41,191 nt of DNA from Octopus bimaculoides. Its lineage: Eukaryota. Below the pieces are notes generated by a model. The model was not told the origin of the DNA. It did no database searches and saw only the letters and a list, made by a program, of their open reading frames with translations. Position 1 is the first letter of the stretch. Each line of letters begins with the position of its first letter. This document shows, one piece after another, positions 1 to 10,348 of the stretch. The position numbers were made by a program, and so were the translations under genes. The stretch is taken from contig NC_068987.1 in assembly GCF_001194135.2 (NCBI RefSeq), forward strand, positions 96,721,628-96,762,818. The letters run 5' to 3'.

Positions 1-335
1 CATGAGATGCACCATTTTGAGCGTGGCCGTTGCCAGTACCGCCTGACTGGCTCCCGTAGGATTTTCGAGCGAGATCGTTGCCAGTGCCCCTGGACTGGCT
101 TGTGCGGGTGGCACATAAAAGACACCATTTCGAGCGTGGCCGTTTTCGTGCGGGTGACACGTAAAAGCACCCACTACACTCTCTGAGTGGTTGGCGTTAG
201 GAAGGGCATCCAGCTGTAGAAACTCTGCCAAATTAGACTGGAGCCTGGTGTTGCCATCCGGTTTCACCAGTCCTCAGTCAAATCGTCCAACCCATGCTAG
301 CATGGAAAGCGGATGTTAAACGATGATGATGATGA
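1..335 (+). mobile_element. RTE-type LINE 3'UTR fragment with (GAT)n tail
   Basis: Same family as 1345-1621, 14616-14947 and others; it ends ccatgctagcatggaaagcggatgttaaac(gat)n. The same tail follows RTE ORF2 sequence at 11843-12335 and 29086. Confidence 0.75.
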
Positions 336-1120
336 ATCAGGTAGCACCTGAAAACAGAGGCAAAATTCAGTTTGTGAACTTTAATGGTTAAAAATGCATT
401 CCTCTTAGCTAAGGTTTCTATCCTGTCTGCTGTATACAAAACACTCGCTAAATCTTTGACCTTGTTAATGTTGTCATATGTTTGAGGAGAAGCTCTCTGA
501 TTGTTTTCTGTGATACTGTTTTCCAAAACTCTGTTGTAGGTTTTTGTGTCTATTTTATATAAATTTCTTGTTTTTTTTTTCTAAATAAAGTAAAACCTAT
601 CTGAATTTTCAACCCTTTAGCATTCAGATTATTCCATCGTGTCTAATGCTTATCTATTCAGATCGTTTTGAATTAATCTTGCTTTATCTCATGGCTTTGA
701 GACTTTGATGATGTGATTGTTTACTTTTATTATGACATTGTATGTTAGGTGTGAGAGGCTGGGCCTGGTTGATTTGAACACAAAACGGGTTGATTGTTCA
801 GGCTAAATATAGCATGTTTAAATCCTATAGGATTATGGAAACCTATCAGAAGTAAGCTTTTGCTGGAAGAGTTTAGAGAACTAAATGGAATTTCAGTTTT
901 TGGAGATGATGCCCTAGAGGTTTACTTTGAAGGCTTCTCGTTCTGTGATCTTGAGTGGAAATCTTCTAGACTTAATGTTGTAGAAATTGGATTCTGAGAA
1001 CGATGCTGCTTGGTCATAGGAAAAGGCTTTCCACCTCATGCAGAGCTTCCTTGTGTAGAGTTTGTTAGGCAGTATAGGTATGTTCATTCAGTGTAGGCTA
1101 TCAGAGGTCGTGTAACCTGA
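336..1120 (-). mobile_element. Decayed Penelope-like retroelement fragment (region N-terminal to the RT), split by a MITE
   Basis: Minus-strand translations give NIPILPNK...CMRWKAFSY...FYNIKSRRFPLKITEREAFK...FQQKL and KTRNLYKIDTKTYNRVLENSIT...DRIETLAKRNAFLTIKVHKLNF...RCYLI. These match, in order, motifs I recall from invertebrate PLE ORFs (NIPIP, RMRWKAF, DKTRNxYK, AFITLKDHKxNF, CRLINP). Recalled, not searched. Confidence 0.6.
609..836 (+). mobile_element. piggyBac-type MITE (family 1), decayed, inside the PLE fossil
   Basis: aaccctttagcatt start, degenerate right end tttaaatcctataggatta; internally similar to 21994-22200. Confidence 0.6.
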
Positions 1121-1344
1121 TATTCTCAAAGGGAATATAATGCAACTATTTTCATATCTGTATAAGCACACAGCTGGAGAAACAGCTATAAAACACAAAC
1201 CACATGGTGGCCTGGTAGGATACATTCTGCAACAAAGGTATATTATCACTTAGTTATCTATAAATCAGAAAAAAGGACACTAAATATTAGCAATAGAGGG
1301 GTTATATTGAGCAGCATATTACTGGTTATGACATATATTTGGTT

Positions 1345-1621
1345 AGTGCCGCTGGACTGGCTCCTGTGCAGGTGGCTTGTAAGAAACACCATTTGAGTGT
1401 GGCCATTGCCAGTACCGCCTGACTGGCCCTCATGCCGGTGGCACGTAAAAGCGCCTACTACACTGTTGGAGTGGTTGGCGTTAGGAAGGGCATCCAGCTG
1501 TAGAAACTCTGCCAGATCAGATTGGAGCCTGGTGCAGCCATCTGGCTCGCCAGTCTTCAGTCAAACCGTCCAACCCATGCCAGCACGGAAAGCAGACATT
1601 AAACGATGATGATGATGATGA
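1345..1621 (+). mobile_element. RTE-type LINE 3'UTR fragment
   Basis: ggtggcacgtaaaagc...gttggcgttaggaagggcatccagctgtagaaactctgcc...(gat)n tail. Confidence 0.75.
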
Positions 1622-1660
1622 ATGTTACCATAAGGTTCATGCTGATTATTGCAGTAGGTA

Positions 1661-1866
1661 ATAATGGTTTCAAATTTTAGCAAGTTTGGGAGAGGAGGAA
1701 AGTCAATTACATCGACCCAGTGCTCAAGTAGTACTTATTTTATCAGCCCCAAAAGGATGAAAAGCAAAGTTGACCTCAGCAGAATTTGAACTCAGAATGT
1801 AAAGACAGATGAAATACTGCGAAGCATTTTGCCTGGTGTGCTCACAGTTCTGTCAGCTCGTCACCT
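1661..1866 (-). mobile_element. tRNA-derived SINE (family B)
   Basis: Reverse copy: aaggatgaaaagcaaagttgacctcagcagaatttgaactcagaa. Confidence 0.7.
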
Positions 1867-1971
1867 TTCTTGCACTAGGTAATATGAATGACTTTTCAGA
1901 CATGCTGGCTGGAAGTGCATAAGTGCATAACCTTGTTTTATGCTGGTGGTACAAGCATCAAGCCAGGTTAA

Positions 1972-1972
<1 letters not shown>

Positions 1973-2009
<37 letters not shown>
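1973..2009. repeat. (TA)n microsatellite
   Basis: Direct reading. Confidence 0.95.
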
Positions 2010-2011
<2 letters not shown>

Positions 2012-2268
2012 CCTTTGTTTCTACAAAATGAGAAGATACATTGCAGAACTGTTATTTTAACGAGTTGTATCTATTTATCACCCAATGAGACATATCTGAA
2101 CTGCCAGATGCTCCTGAACCAGTTGTTAAGTGTTCCACCTGTGAGGGATTAATGCTAGATGTGTCAAATCAATTGTCATGATTAATAATTAAAATTCTCA
2201 TATATTCCATCTTCTGTCTTTCATTTACCATATATACATATGGATCAAAACAGTTTGATTTAAATCCG

Positions 2269-2366
2269 TTGGTACTCTTGAGTTTCAAGCATGGTGCTAG
2301 TTGTCAGCCATTTTTAATTCAAAATGGCTGATGACTAGCATCACGCTTGAAACTCAAGAGTGCCAA
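2269..2366. other. Long fold-back palindrome (46-bp arms, 6-nt loop)
   Basis: Arms 2269-2314 and 2321-2366 differ at 5 positions. Confidence 0.9.
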
Positions 2367-2434
2367 TGAATCCATACATGTAACTTCTAATAAATTCGTC
2401 AAGTGCCCTTCTTTCGTTCGTTCACTCACTCGTG

Positions 2435-2447
2435 TACACACACACAC

Positions 2448-2489
<42 letters not shown>
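2435..2489. repeat. (CA)n microsatellite
   Basis: Direct reading. Confidence 0.95.
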
Positions 2490-2495
<6 letters not shown>

Positions 2496-2860
2496 CTTCT
2501 GCTTAAAAAAGGTGATGTGCTTCCAGCCAATATATCTGAAGATTTATCAATATTACCAAGTGCAATAGTCAATGTAAAACCTATAGTAACATTCTGACCA
2601 AATATGTGCTACAAGTAATATACTGCTTAATGATATATNNNNNNNNNNTATATATATATATATATTTACAATGAGTTTGTACAGTTTTTGTACTAAATTC
2701 CATGACAAAATACAATACACATACACACACTTGTAGTTAGCTACAGACAAACAGCCACATGTATTCTGTTTATGCAATATTACTAACCTATTCAAGTTCA
2801 TAACTATCACTTCCTATATGTTTATATTAATTTCAGATTTTCACAATTTGTATTTTATCT

Positions 2861-3196
2861 TCATCATCATTGTTTAATGTCTGTTTTCCATGCTGGCATG
2901 GGTTGAATGGTTCGGCTGGGGAGACAGGCAAGCCAGTAGGATGTGCCTGGCTCCAATCTGATCTGGCAAGGTTTCTACAGCTGGATATCCTTCCTAATGC
3001 CAACCACTCCGAGAGTGTAGTAGGTGCTTTTTACGTGTCACCGGCATGGGAGCCAGTCAGGTAGCACTGGCTTCGACCACATTCAGATAGTGCTTTTTAC
3101 GTACCGCCGGCACAGGGCCAATGAGGGATGGGGTGGGTGGGGGGACTAGCATTGAGTATGTTCAGATGGTGCTTTTTATGTTCCACCAGCACTGGC
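2861..3196 (-). mobile_element. RTE-type LINE 3'UTR fragment
   Basis: Reverse-complement copy of the same family. Confidence 0.7.
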
Positions 3197-3265
3197 AGTG
3201 ACGAGCTAAGCTGAGAAACCTAGCAACACTAGCAAAACCAAGCAACCTCATAATGGCTCATTTAA

Positions 3266-3538
3266 AGGTGTAATTCAAACTCATTGTTTAATTAATCATC
3301 TTGTAACATACAAATTTCACTCGGCAAATGCTACATGCATGTACATAAACATGCACATGCACACACATTATGCATATGTCTATGAAGTCTTGCTCATTGC
3401 TAAATTAAGTACCAGCTGAAAGGTGGCACCATTTAATCTTTGATATATAATTAATCGCTGTACCACAAGATAATTTTGTCATAATTTCTTGGGTTGGTTT
3501 ACAGATGATTAATTAAATAAAAGGTTTGAATTACACCT
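3266..3538. mobile_element. MITE-like element with ~40-bp imperfect TIRs
   Basis: 3266-3305 and 3500-3538 are inverted copies (two perfect 15-bp blocks). No TSD was seen. Confidence 0.5.
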
Positions 3539-5421
3539 CCAAACAAGCCTTTATAAGGTTATTATTTGCTTTCACTATGGGTTCCTTTGTACGGATCTAT
3601 CAAATCATCAAAAAATATTTGAAATTTAAACTGTGAATACTGGAATATCTGTTATTAATAAGTGTATAGCAAATGATAGTGACTAACTTCATGAATAGTT
3701 TATTAGTACTGTATAGGCAGAATACAGGTTTTTTTTTGTTTTGTTTTGCTTCCTGTTTCCTTTAAAGTCTGTCTCTGTCAATCTGCATGTGTGTGTCATT
3801 GTCATTTTACCATTCATTTTCCATGCTTGCATGGGTCAGATGGAATTTGTTGAGGTAGATATTCTATGACCAGATGCCTTCCTGTTACCAACTTTCACCA
3901 GTTTCCAAGTAAGGTAATATTTTCCCATTGTTTGGAAATGAAGGACAGTGACACACACCCATTCACATGTATGCACACACACACACACACACACCCACAC
4001 ACACCCACACCATCCTCATCATCATCATCATCAGCAGCAATATTTTTATGACTGCTTTCCGTACTGGCATGAGTTGCATGGTTGTTACAGTCCAAGTCAC
4101 TTCTGATTGGAAGCTACTACTCTCATAGATTTGTACTCATATGTGTCATTTGGCTCAGTTTCCACAGCTGGAAACCCTTATGTATACACAAACACACATA
4201 CCCACATATAATAATTAGCATTGTGTTTTTTTATTGTCAGGGAAAGCATGTTTTGTGGCAGTAGGAGTCTGTCTGATGTACAATAGAGAGTGAATTATAG
4301 TAGAGGAAGTAAAATGATTATGAATGGGAAGATAAGGTGTTTATCACATTGCTCTGACGGAACCAGGGAATAAAAGTGAGTTGGACTAAGAGCTTAGCTT
4401 TATATTGGTTTAAGCAGGACGAAAAGGAGGAACAATCTTAATATGATGATAAATAATGATATAAAACAAAATCTGTATGGAAGTCATAGTTTTACAGTAA
4501 ATATTCTGATTAAAGAACCTCTGAAATAATGATCAATATATGAAAATTCCTAATGGTTTGTAAATAATGTAATAATTTTGTAAGTATAGTATCGCTATTT
4601 TAATTAAATGTTATGATTATCATTAAACCATCAAGTGGGCCAGTAAAAAAGAGTTATCAGTGAAAAGGCTGTCATTTTTGATAGCATAAGTATATTGTGT
4701 GTTAAATTGTCAATGTGACCCATCACTTTTGCAGGCAGTATGTACTATCACATTCAAACATTGTTGGTCTTGACTTTTTGATCAGGTTAAAGTGAACTAT
4801 TTTGTTATTAAATACAAAATGTGGAATATTAAGGTAAAAACTTTACTAATGTTTTCACCTGTCTTGTTTGAAGATATGCACTTTCGTCATCCTCATCATT
4901 ATAGTATTCACTTTTCAATGCTTATAACTGGTGGAGATAAAGGTATATCTCAGAATTCTTTTTCTAATCAGAGTTGTGCAGCTTCTAAGTTACAGACACA
5001 GACTGGTGCACAAATTCCTCTCTGAGACAGGAAATCAATGCCCATGAATTGTGTAATCAATTGACATGGCAATAAGTAAAATCCACATTTACAATATTCA
5101 CCATCTATTATATCATATCAGTAAATTCCTTTCAAATTTATGCAATATTTTTATAATTTTTATACTGGACTAATTGCATCTTATTAGAATGTCTTGCTTC
5201 TTGGCAGATTGGGAGATTCGCTTGTACTACATTCTTGGTTATAATATCTGTTAATTCTCCTCCTAGAGTTCATTTTAAGTTCAGGGTAAAAATAGTGGGA
5301 ACCTCTTTGTCATTGTCTAACTTGTTACAGATGTAAGCCATGTCTCTTTCAATCCCTGTCAACTTGAAAATGGAAGGACACATTGGATAATGTAGTTGTA
5401 AATAAAGGATCTTTCTTTTAT

Positions 5422-5521
5422 NNNNNNNNNNNNNNNNNNNNNNNNNNNNNNNNNNNNNNNNNNNNNNNNNNNNNNNNNNNNNNNNNNNNNNNNNNNNNNN
5501 NNNNNNNNNNNNNNNNNNNNN
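5422..5521. other. Assembly gap (100 N); other gaps at 2639-2648, 10995-11039 and 21015-21024
   Basis: N runs. Confidence 0.99.
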
Positions 5522-5729
5522 AGAAATATGATCTGGGAATTTTGGAAATGAATGTTGTTAGTTTAACTGACCCAAATACTTGAGAATTATTTATTTTATT
5601 GAGGTTATACATTTAATAGGCAAAATAGTATTTTTCTCCTCAGAATATAAGAAACATAACTAAATATCACAAAGTTAAGTGTTTCATGTTCTATTGAATT
5701 TAATAATAATAATATTATAATTATGCAAA

Positions 5730-6262
5730 ATGCTAGCAATTTGGCAGGCGGTCAGTTAGTTGACTCAGTCAACGCTGATCCTTGGTTAGTATTTTACTTT
5801 ATTAACTTTGATAAGATAGAAGATAAAGTTGGCTTTGGCTGGATTTGAACTTGGAATGTTTATCTCTGTAATTAACTATCACAAAGTATTTTATCCAATG
5901 TTCTAATGGTTCTGCTCATTTAGTGTTCTTTTTGTAGTAATCCTTTCTACTATAGGCAAAAGGCCTTAAATTTTAGGGAAAGGAATTCATCAATTATATC
6001 AGCCCCAGTACTTAACTGGTACTTATTTTATAGACCCTGAAAGGATGAAAGGCAAAGTAACTGCTTTTTATAATAATGTTTCCGATTCAAGCACAAGGCT
6101 AACAATTTTGAGAGGAAGTTGTTAGTTGATTACACTGGCCCCTGTACTTTATTTTATTGTTCCTGGTGGTGTGAAAAACAAAATAGACCTCGGCAGGATT
6201 TGAACTCAGAATGTCAAGACTCAGAAGAAATGTCACAACATTCTGCCAGGTCACTTGTGAAT
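5730..6262 (-). mobile_element. Cluster of three decayed family-B SINE copies
   Basis: Repeated aggatgaaaggcaaag / ggatttgaactcagaa segments at ~5730-5925, 5944-6062 and 6090-6262. Confidence 0.6.
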
Positions 6263-6331
6263 GTAAGGTTGTTATGTGATATGACAGACTCATAGATATT
6301 TGGTAAAATGTTGATAAAACGTTGAAGTTGT

Positions 6332-6505
6332 TCATCATCATTATTGTTTTACATCCGTTTTCCATGCTGGCATGGGTTGGACAGTTTGACAGGAGCTGGC
6401 GAATCAGGGAGCAGTCCAGACACCAATTGTCTGTTGTGGCTTGGTTTCTATAACTGGATGCCCTTCCTAATGCCAACCATTTTACAGAGTGTGCTGGGTG
6501 CTTTT
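6332..6505 (-). mobile_element. RTE-type LINE 3'UTR fragment
   Basis: catcatcattattgttttacatccgttttccatgctggcatggg...gcccttcctaatgccaaccat. Confidence 0.65.
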
Positions 6506-6606
6506 TGAAAAAAAATATGTAAAATATTGTTTTAATCTCATTTTTAAGTCTTTCTCATATATTACATTTTTACACTACATTTTATTAAATATTTCTTTCT
6601 CACCAG

Positions 6607-6672
6607 GTATAAATGCCGCTGTAGTTTTAGATGTACCCCAGAATCTTACAATTCGTTATCGGTCATGGGAAG
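6607..6672 (+). CDS. ASB-family gene, penultimate 66-nt exon containing the probable start ATG (6665)
   Basis: Acceptor tctttctcaccAG (6605-6606), donor AAG|GTAAGA (6673), ATG context gtcATGG. The frame is also open over the whole exon, so an upstream start cannot be excluded. Confidence 0.65.
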
Positions 6673-8382
6673 GTAAGACTGAATTCATTGTTCTGTCATT
6701 GTTATTGTTATAGTTGAATAGTTTCAATATGTTACGTAAGTCTATTTTGATAAACTTGTATGGTAGAAGTTACTCTACTTAAATTGTACTTATTTATTTT
6801 AACTATCTATTCTGAAGTGCATGAATGATATCTATAGCTTTTGCAGTCCCTGCATGATAAATGAGGTCAGTACAATCATCTGCTTCACATTTACTTTCCT
6901 AATTACCTCTCATTAGCAGAGAAGGAGATGGGAAAATAAATGTGAAGCAAGAAGTCAGTGATTTCTGTATGCTTGCATTTGTGATTGTGTGTGTGTGTGT
7001 GTGTGTGTAAAAACTCAATGTATGCAATTGAAACAGCATTGATTTCAATTGCCATCTGTGTATCATACTAAATGTATACACACTTCCTTCTACTCTAGAT
7101 TTGTAATCTTGTACCGATAAGAAACTATTGGTTTTGTTTTTGTAATGTTTCCCTTTTTTCTTTTATTTTCAGTTTTATAAAAGATGCTGCCGGTAAAAAT
7201 GATACAGACTTGCTGCAGGTTGCTCTATCTGGCTTCCATGGAGAGTTCTGTAGTGATGACTTAAATGAAGCATTAATCAGAGCAGCAAACTCTGGTCATT
7301 ATGAATGTGTACAGCTGTTATTGGATGCAGAAGCAGATGTGGACACTGTAGATTTAGATGGAGACTCCAGCCTGATATTAGCTTCTACCAAAAATTTTCT
7401 CAAGGTTGCCAAACTTTTGATTAATTATGGCTGCAATATTAACTTGGCCAGTCATTGTGGGCAAACTGCTCTCCATATGGCTGCTTACCACCAAAACAAA
7501 CAACTGGTTGAGCTACTCTTGAGCACCAGCAGTGACGTTAATATGAAGAATCGCTATGGCGACACACCTCTAATTTTGGCTGTTATGGTCAACAGCATTG
7601 AGATAACCAAACTGTTAATTAAATCTGGTGCAGACGTCAATGCAAGCAATTTGGATAACGCAACTTCACTACACTCTGCTGCGAAGAACGGGACTGTGGA
7701 ATTAACAGAATATCTCATAAATTCTGGTGCCGACATCAATGCTCAAAACATATGGGGTTACACACCACTTTTGCAGGCCTCCATGGAGAACCGTCCAGAA
7801 ATCGTACAAATGCTTATAGACTTCAATTGTGATGTCCACTGCTCATGTCATGCAAAGAAGACATCATTGCATTATGCTGCAAACAAGGGACATGCTGAAT
7901 GTGTAAGAATTTTACTGGCAGCTGGTTGTAACCCCAACAAATGTGATTTTCATGGCAGCACACCGCTAATGGAAGCTGCTGTGTATGCCCGTACTGATGT
8001 CATAAAGTTACTTCTTCATGCTGGTGGGGATGCTACAATTAAAGGGGGTACAGCACTAGCTGGCAGATGGACAAAAGCTCTTCCATTTAGAGCAGCCCTG
8101 TCCCATGGGAATCTTGAACTTACAAAAGTTCTGTTTCTTGCCGGTGGGATCAGTCTTTCGGAACTGCAGTCAGTAGTGCATTCAGGGGTTATTTCGAAAC
8201 AGACAGAAAGCATTGTGATAAAGGAGTGGCTACAACAGGTAGCCTCCACACCACTCGCCCTCTCACACTTGTGTCGGTTGATCATTCGCCAGTCAATGTG
8301 TGCACCAGTGGCGAAATGGACTCATCTTCTTCCCATTCCCAAGACACTGCAGGATTACCTCAACTATATGGACATACAATGA
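6665..8382 (+). CDS. Ankyrin repeat and SOCS box-containing (ASB-family) protein, ~405 aa; join(6665..6672,7173..8382)
   Basis: The ORF holds 8 clear ankyrin repeats (e.g. GQTALHMAA, GDTPLILAV, GYTPLLQAS, GSTPLMEAA) plus degenerate ones, and a C-terminal SOCS box (TPLALSHLCRLIIR BC-box; LPIP Cul5-box; TLQDYL). The frame stays open back to the acceptor ttttattttcAG at 7171-7172. The upstream exon ends ATGGGAAG|GTAAGA (6665-6672), giving MGS-FIKDAAGKNDTDLLQ in frame. The paralog cannot be assigned. Confidence 0.9.
7173..8382 (+). CDS. ASB-family gene, large terminal coding exon (all ankyrin repeats + SOCS box)
   Basis: A polypyrimidine tract + AG at 7171-7172, an open frame to TGA at 8380-8382, and the domain motifs above. 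Confidence 0.92.
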
Positions 8383-8499
8383 GTTACACTTAATGTAAAA
8401 CACTGCCAACATCTAAACATACTCAAACCTTTTGCTCTATATAGATGGGGAAATCAGTGAGAGGTGAGTTTGTGTGATACACAAAGATACTGAACTTCA

Positions 8500-8570
8500 A
8501 ATAAATTTGATTCTGTTTGTCTCTTTTTTTTTTGGAAACAAAATTTTCAATTGTGAAAAAATTTAATAAA
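8500..8570 (+). terminator. Candidate polyadenylation signals of the ASB gene
   Basis: AATAAA at 8500-8505 and 8565-8570, each followed by GT/T-rich sequence. Confidence 0.5.
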
Positions 8571-8616
8571 ATTGTTTTGTTTTTTAAATTGTAATATATT
8601 TATAAAGTGTGCCCAT

Positions 8617-8618
<2 letters not shown>

Positions 8619-8666
<48 letters not shown>

Positions 8667-8678
8667 TCATCATCATCA
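8619..8678. repeat. (AT)n followed by (CAT)n microsatellite
   Basis: Direct reading. Confidence 0.95.
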
Positions 8679-8847
8679 TACATCCATTTATATATATAAT
8701 TTTACTTTTGTTCTAAAAACATCTTTAGGGGTTATAACCCTTGTAAAGAACATATGTCTGATTACTGAAGGATCTCTATGTCAATTTATTTAAGTTTTAT
8801 TCAGCACTTGTGCAGTCAGATTCATACATGGTATTTGTTATGTTGTG

Positions 8848-8959
8848 TTGAGTGCACTCAGCTCAATGCTTTTCAAACCATATGTGTGTTTGTATATCTG
8901 TGTAAATGTTTCCACCCAAACACACATGGTTTGAAGAGCATTAATCTGAGTACACTCAA
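8848..8959. other. Long inverted repeat (45/43-bp arms, 24-nt loop)
   Basis: 8848-8892 versus 8917-8959: 4 substitutions and one 2-nt indel. Confidence 0.9.
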
Positions 8960-10169
8960 AAACATCCTTCAATGAGGTCATGCTAATCTTGTTTCTTTCA
9001 GTGGCAAAAAAGCACAATCCGTTCACCTCAATAAAGCATTACCACATCCCTTAGTATGAACAGTACGTAACTAAATCTTAGGTCTCTCTCAGTTGTTGGG
9101 GATGTTCTGGTGAATGCATGTCCTCAATGCAGCAAAGACTACATATCAAGGACAGGCCTTTCTCTTTAGATCTAAGAAAGATTTTAATGTTTTTCTTACA
9201 GCTATTCACTTGCAAGAATTCAGGAGGAACAGCAATGATATCAAACTCTTTGAAGGCTTGTGAAACTATAGGCACACCACACCCCCTCTCTCCAGGTGTA
9301 AGCATTAAACAAAATAAGAAGGCTACACACAAATTTAAGATTAAAAAGAAAAAGAAAATCATTATCCACTAATAACCAGTCATCTACTAAATATAACTTC
9401 TGTTAATTAACAAGTAATAACTTTTATGTTCTTTTTATTTGTAGAACTTACTATTTTTAGTTTGGTATATTTAGATGAGAATTTGTCAACTGTTCACATT
9501 GTTTATGTAAGTCAACAGTCACACTGTACCACCACTGCTACCACTACCACAATCATCTATACTAGAAACATGCAACCTGAGACTCATGTGTCACATGCAG
9601 TCCAGTTGCTCAGGATTGAAATGGCATTAAGCAATAACAACCATCATGACCAATATAACTTCAACACAAGCCAAAGAGGAGGGTCTGTATGTGATCACTT
9701 GACCTCTTAGAAATAGTAGCCAAATCCCCTTGAATTACACCCTACACCATCATAGAAAGGGAGGGAGATGTGTTTGGGCCTTAATGTAGTTTGGGATAAA
9801 GTGTACCTTACAGAAGTGAGAAAATGAAATGGCCATCTAGGTATTATACTTAATATATATGCTGTGTTGATAGAATAGTTACTGTGGTATTCATCTTGAG
9901 ATAACATCTATTAAGGACATGCAGTGTTAAAAACACAAATCATTCCAGTGGTGGCTTGCAAGAATGCCAGATGCACTTGAACTTTTTGGGACCTTTCAAT
10001 AACGTACTCACAGCTGGTTACATGCTTTGATGAGAATTCATTACCAAGAGATGTTATCTCAGGACAAATACCTCAGTAACTGCCCTATCAATGGTGTATA
10101 TACATTATAATACGTAGATGGCTATTTTAATTAGCAGTTATGTTATTCAGTCAACAGTAATACTAATTT

Positions 10170-10348
10170 ATTCAGATTGTTTTAAATTAATCATGCATTA
10201 TCTTATAGCTTTGAGATTTTGATGAGGTAACTTAATTTTTAGAATGACATTGTAGGGTTCGTGTGAGAGGCCAGATATAGCCACTTTGTTTATAAAATGG
10301 GTGGAATTTTTGGCCAGATATTGGCCAGTTTAAATGCTAAAGGGTTAA
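10170..10348 (+). mobile_element. piggyBac-type MITE (family 1), 5'-truncated
   Basis: Ends ggccagtttaaatgctaaagggttaa. Confidence 0.65.

Noticed and set aside
1-170. Repeat-spacer-like pattern resembling a CRISPR array
   Set aside because: Eukaryotic context, no unique spacers and no cas genes; these are internal units of a LINE UTR.
4730-5400. Possible upstream ASB exons (AG/GT pairs near 4734, 4874-4941, 5208, 5330)
   Set aside because: Splice signals are weak and no frame gives recognisable protein; a 100-N gap also obscures the region.
7554-8285. Minus-strand ORFs 7554-7739 and 8016-8285
   Set aside because: Antisense shadows of the ASB coding exon.
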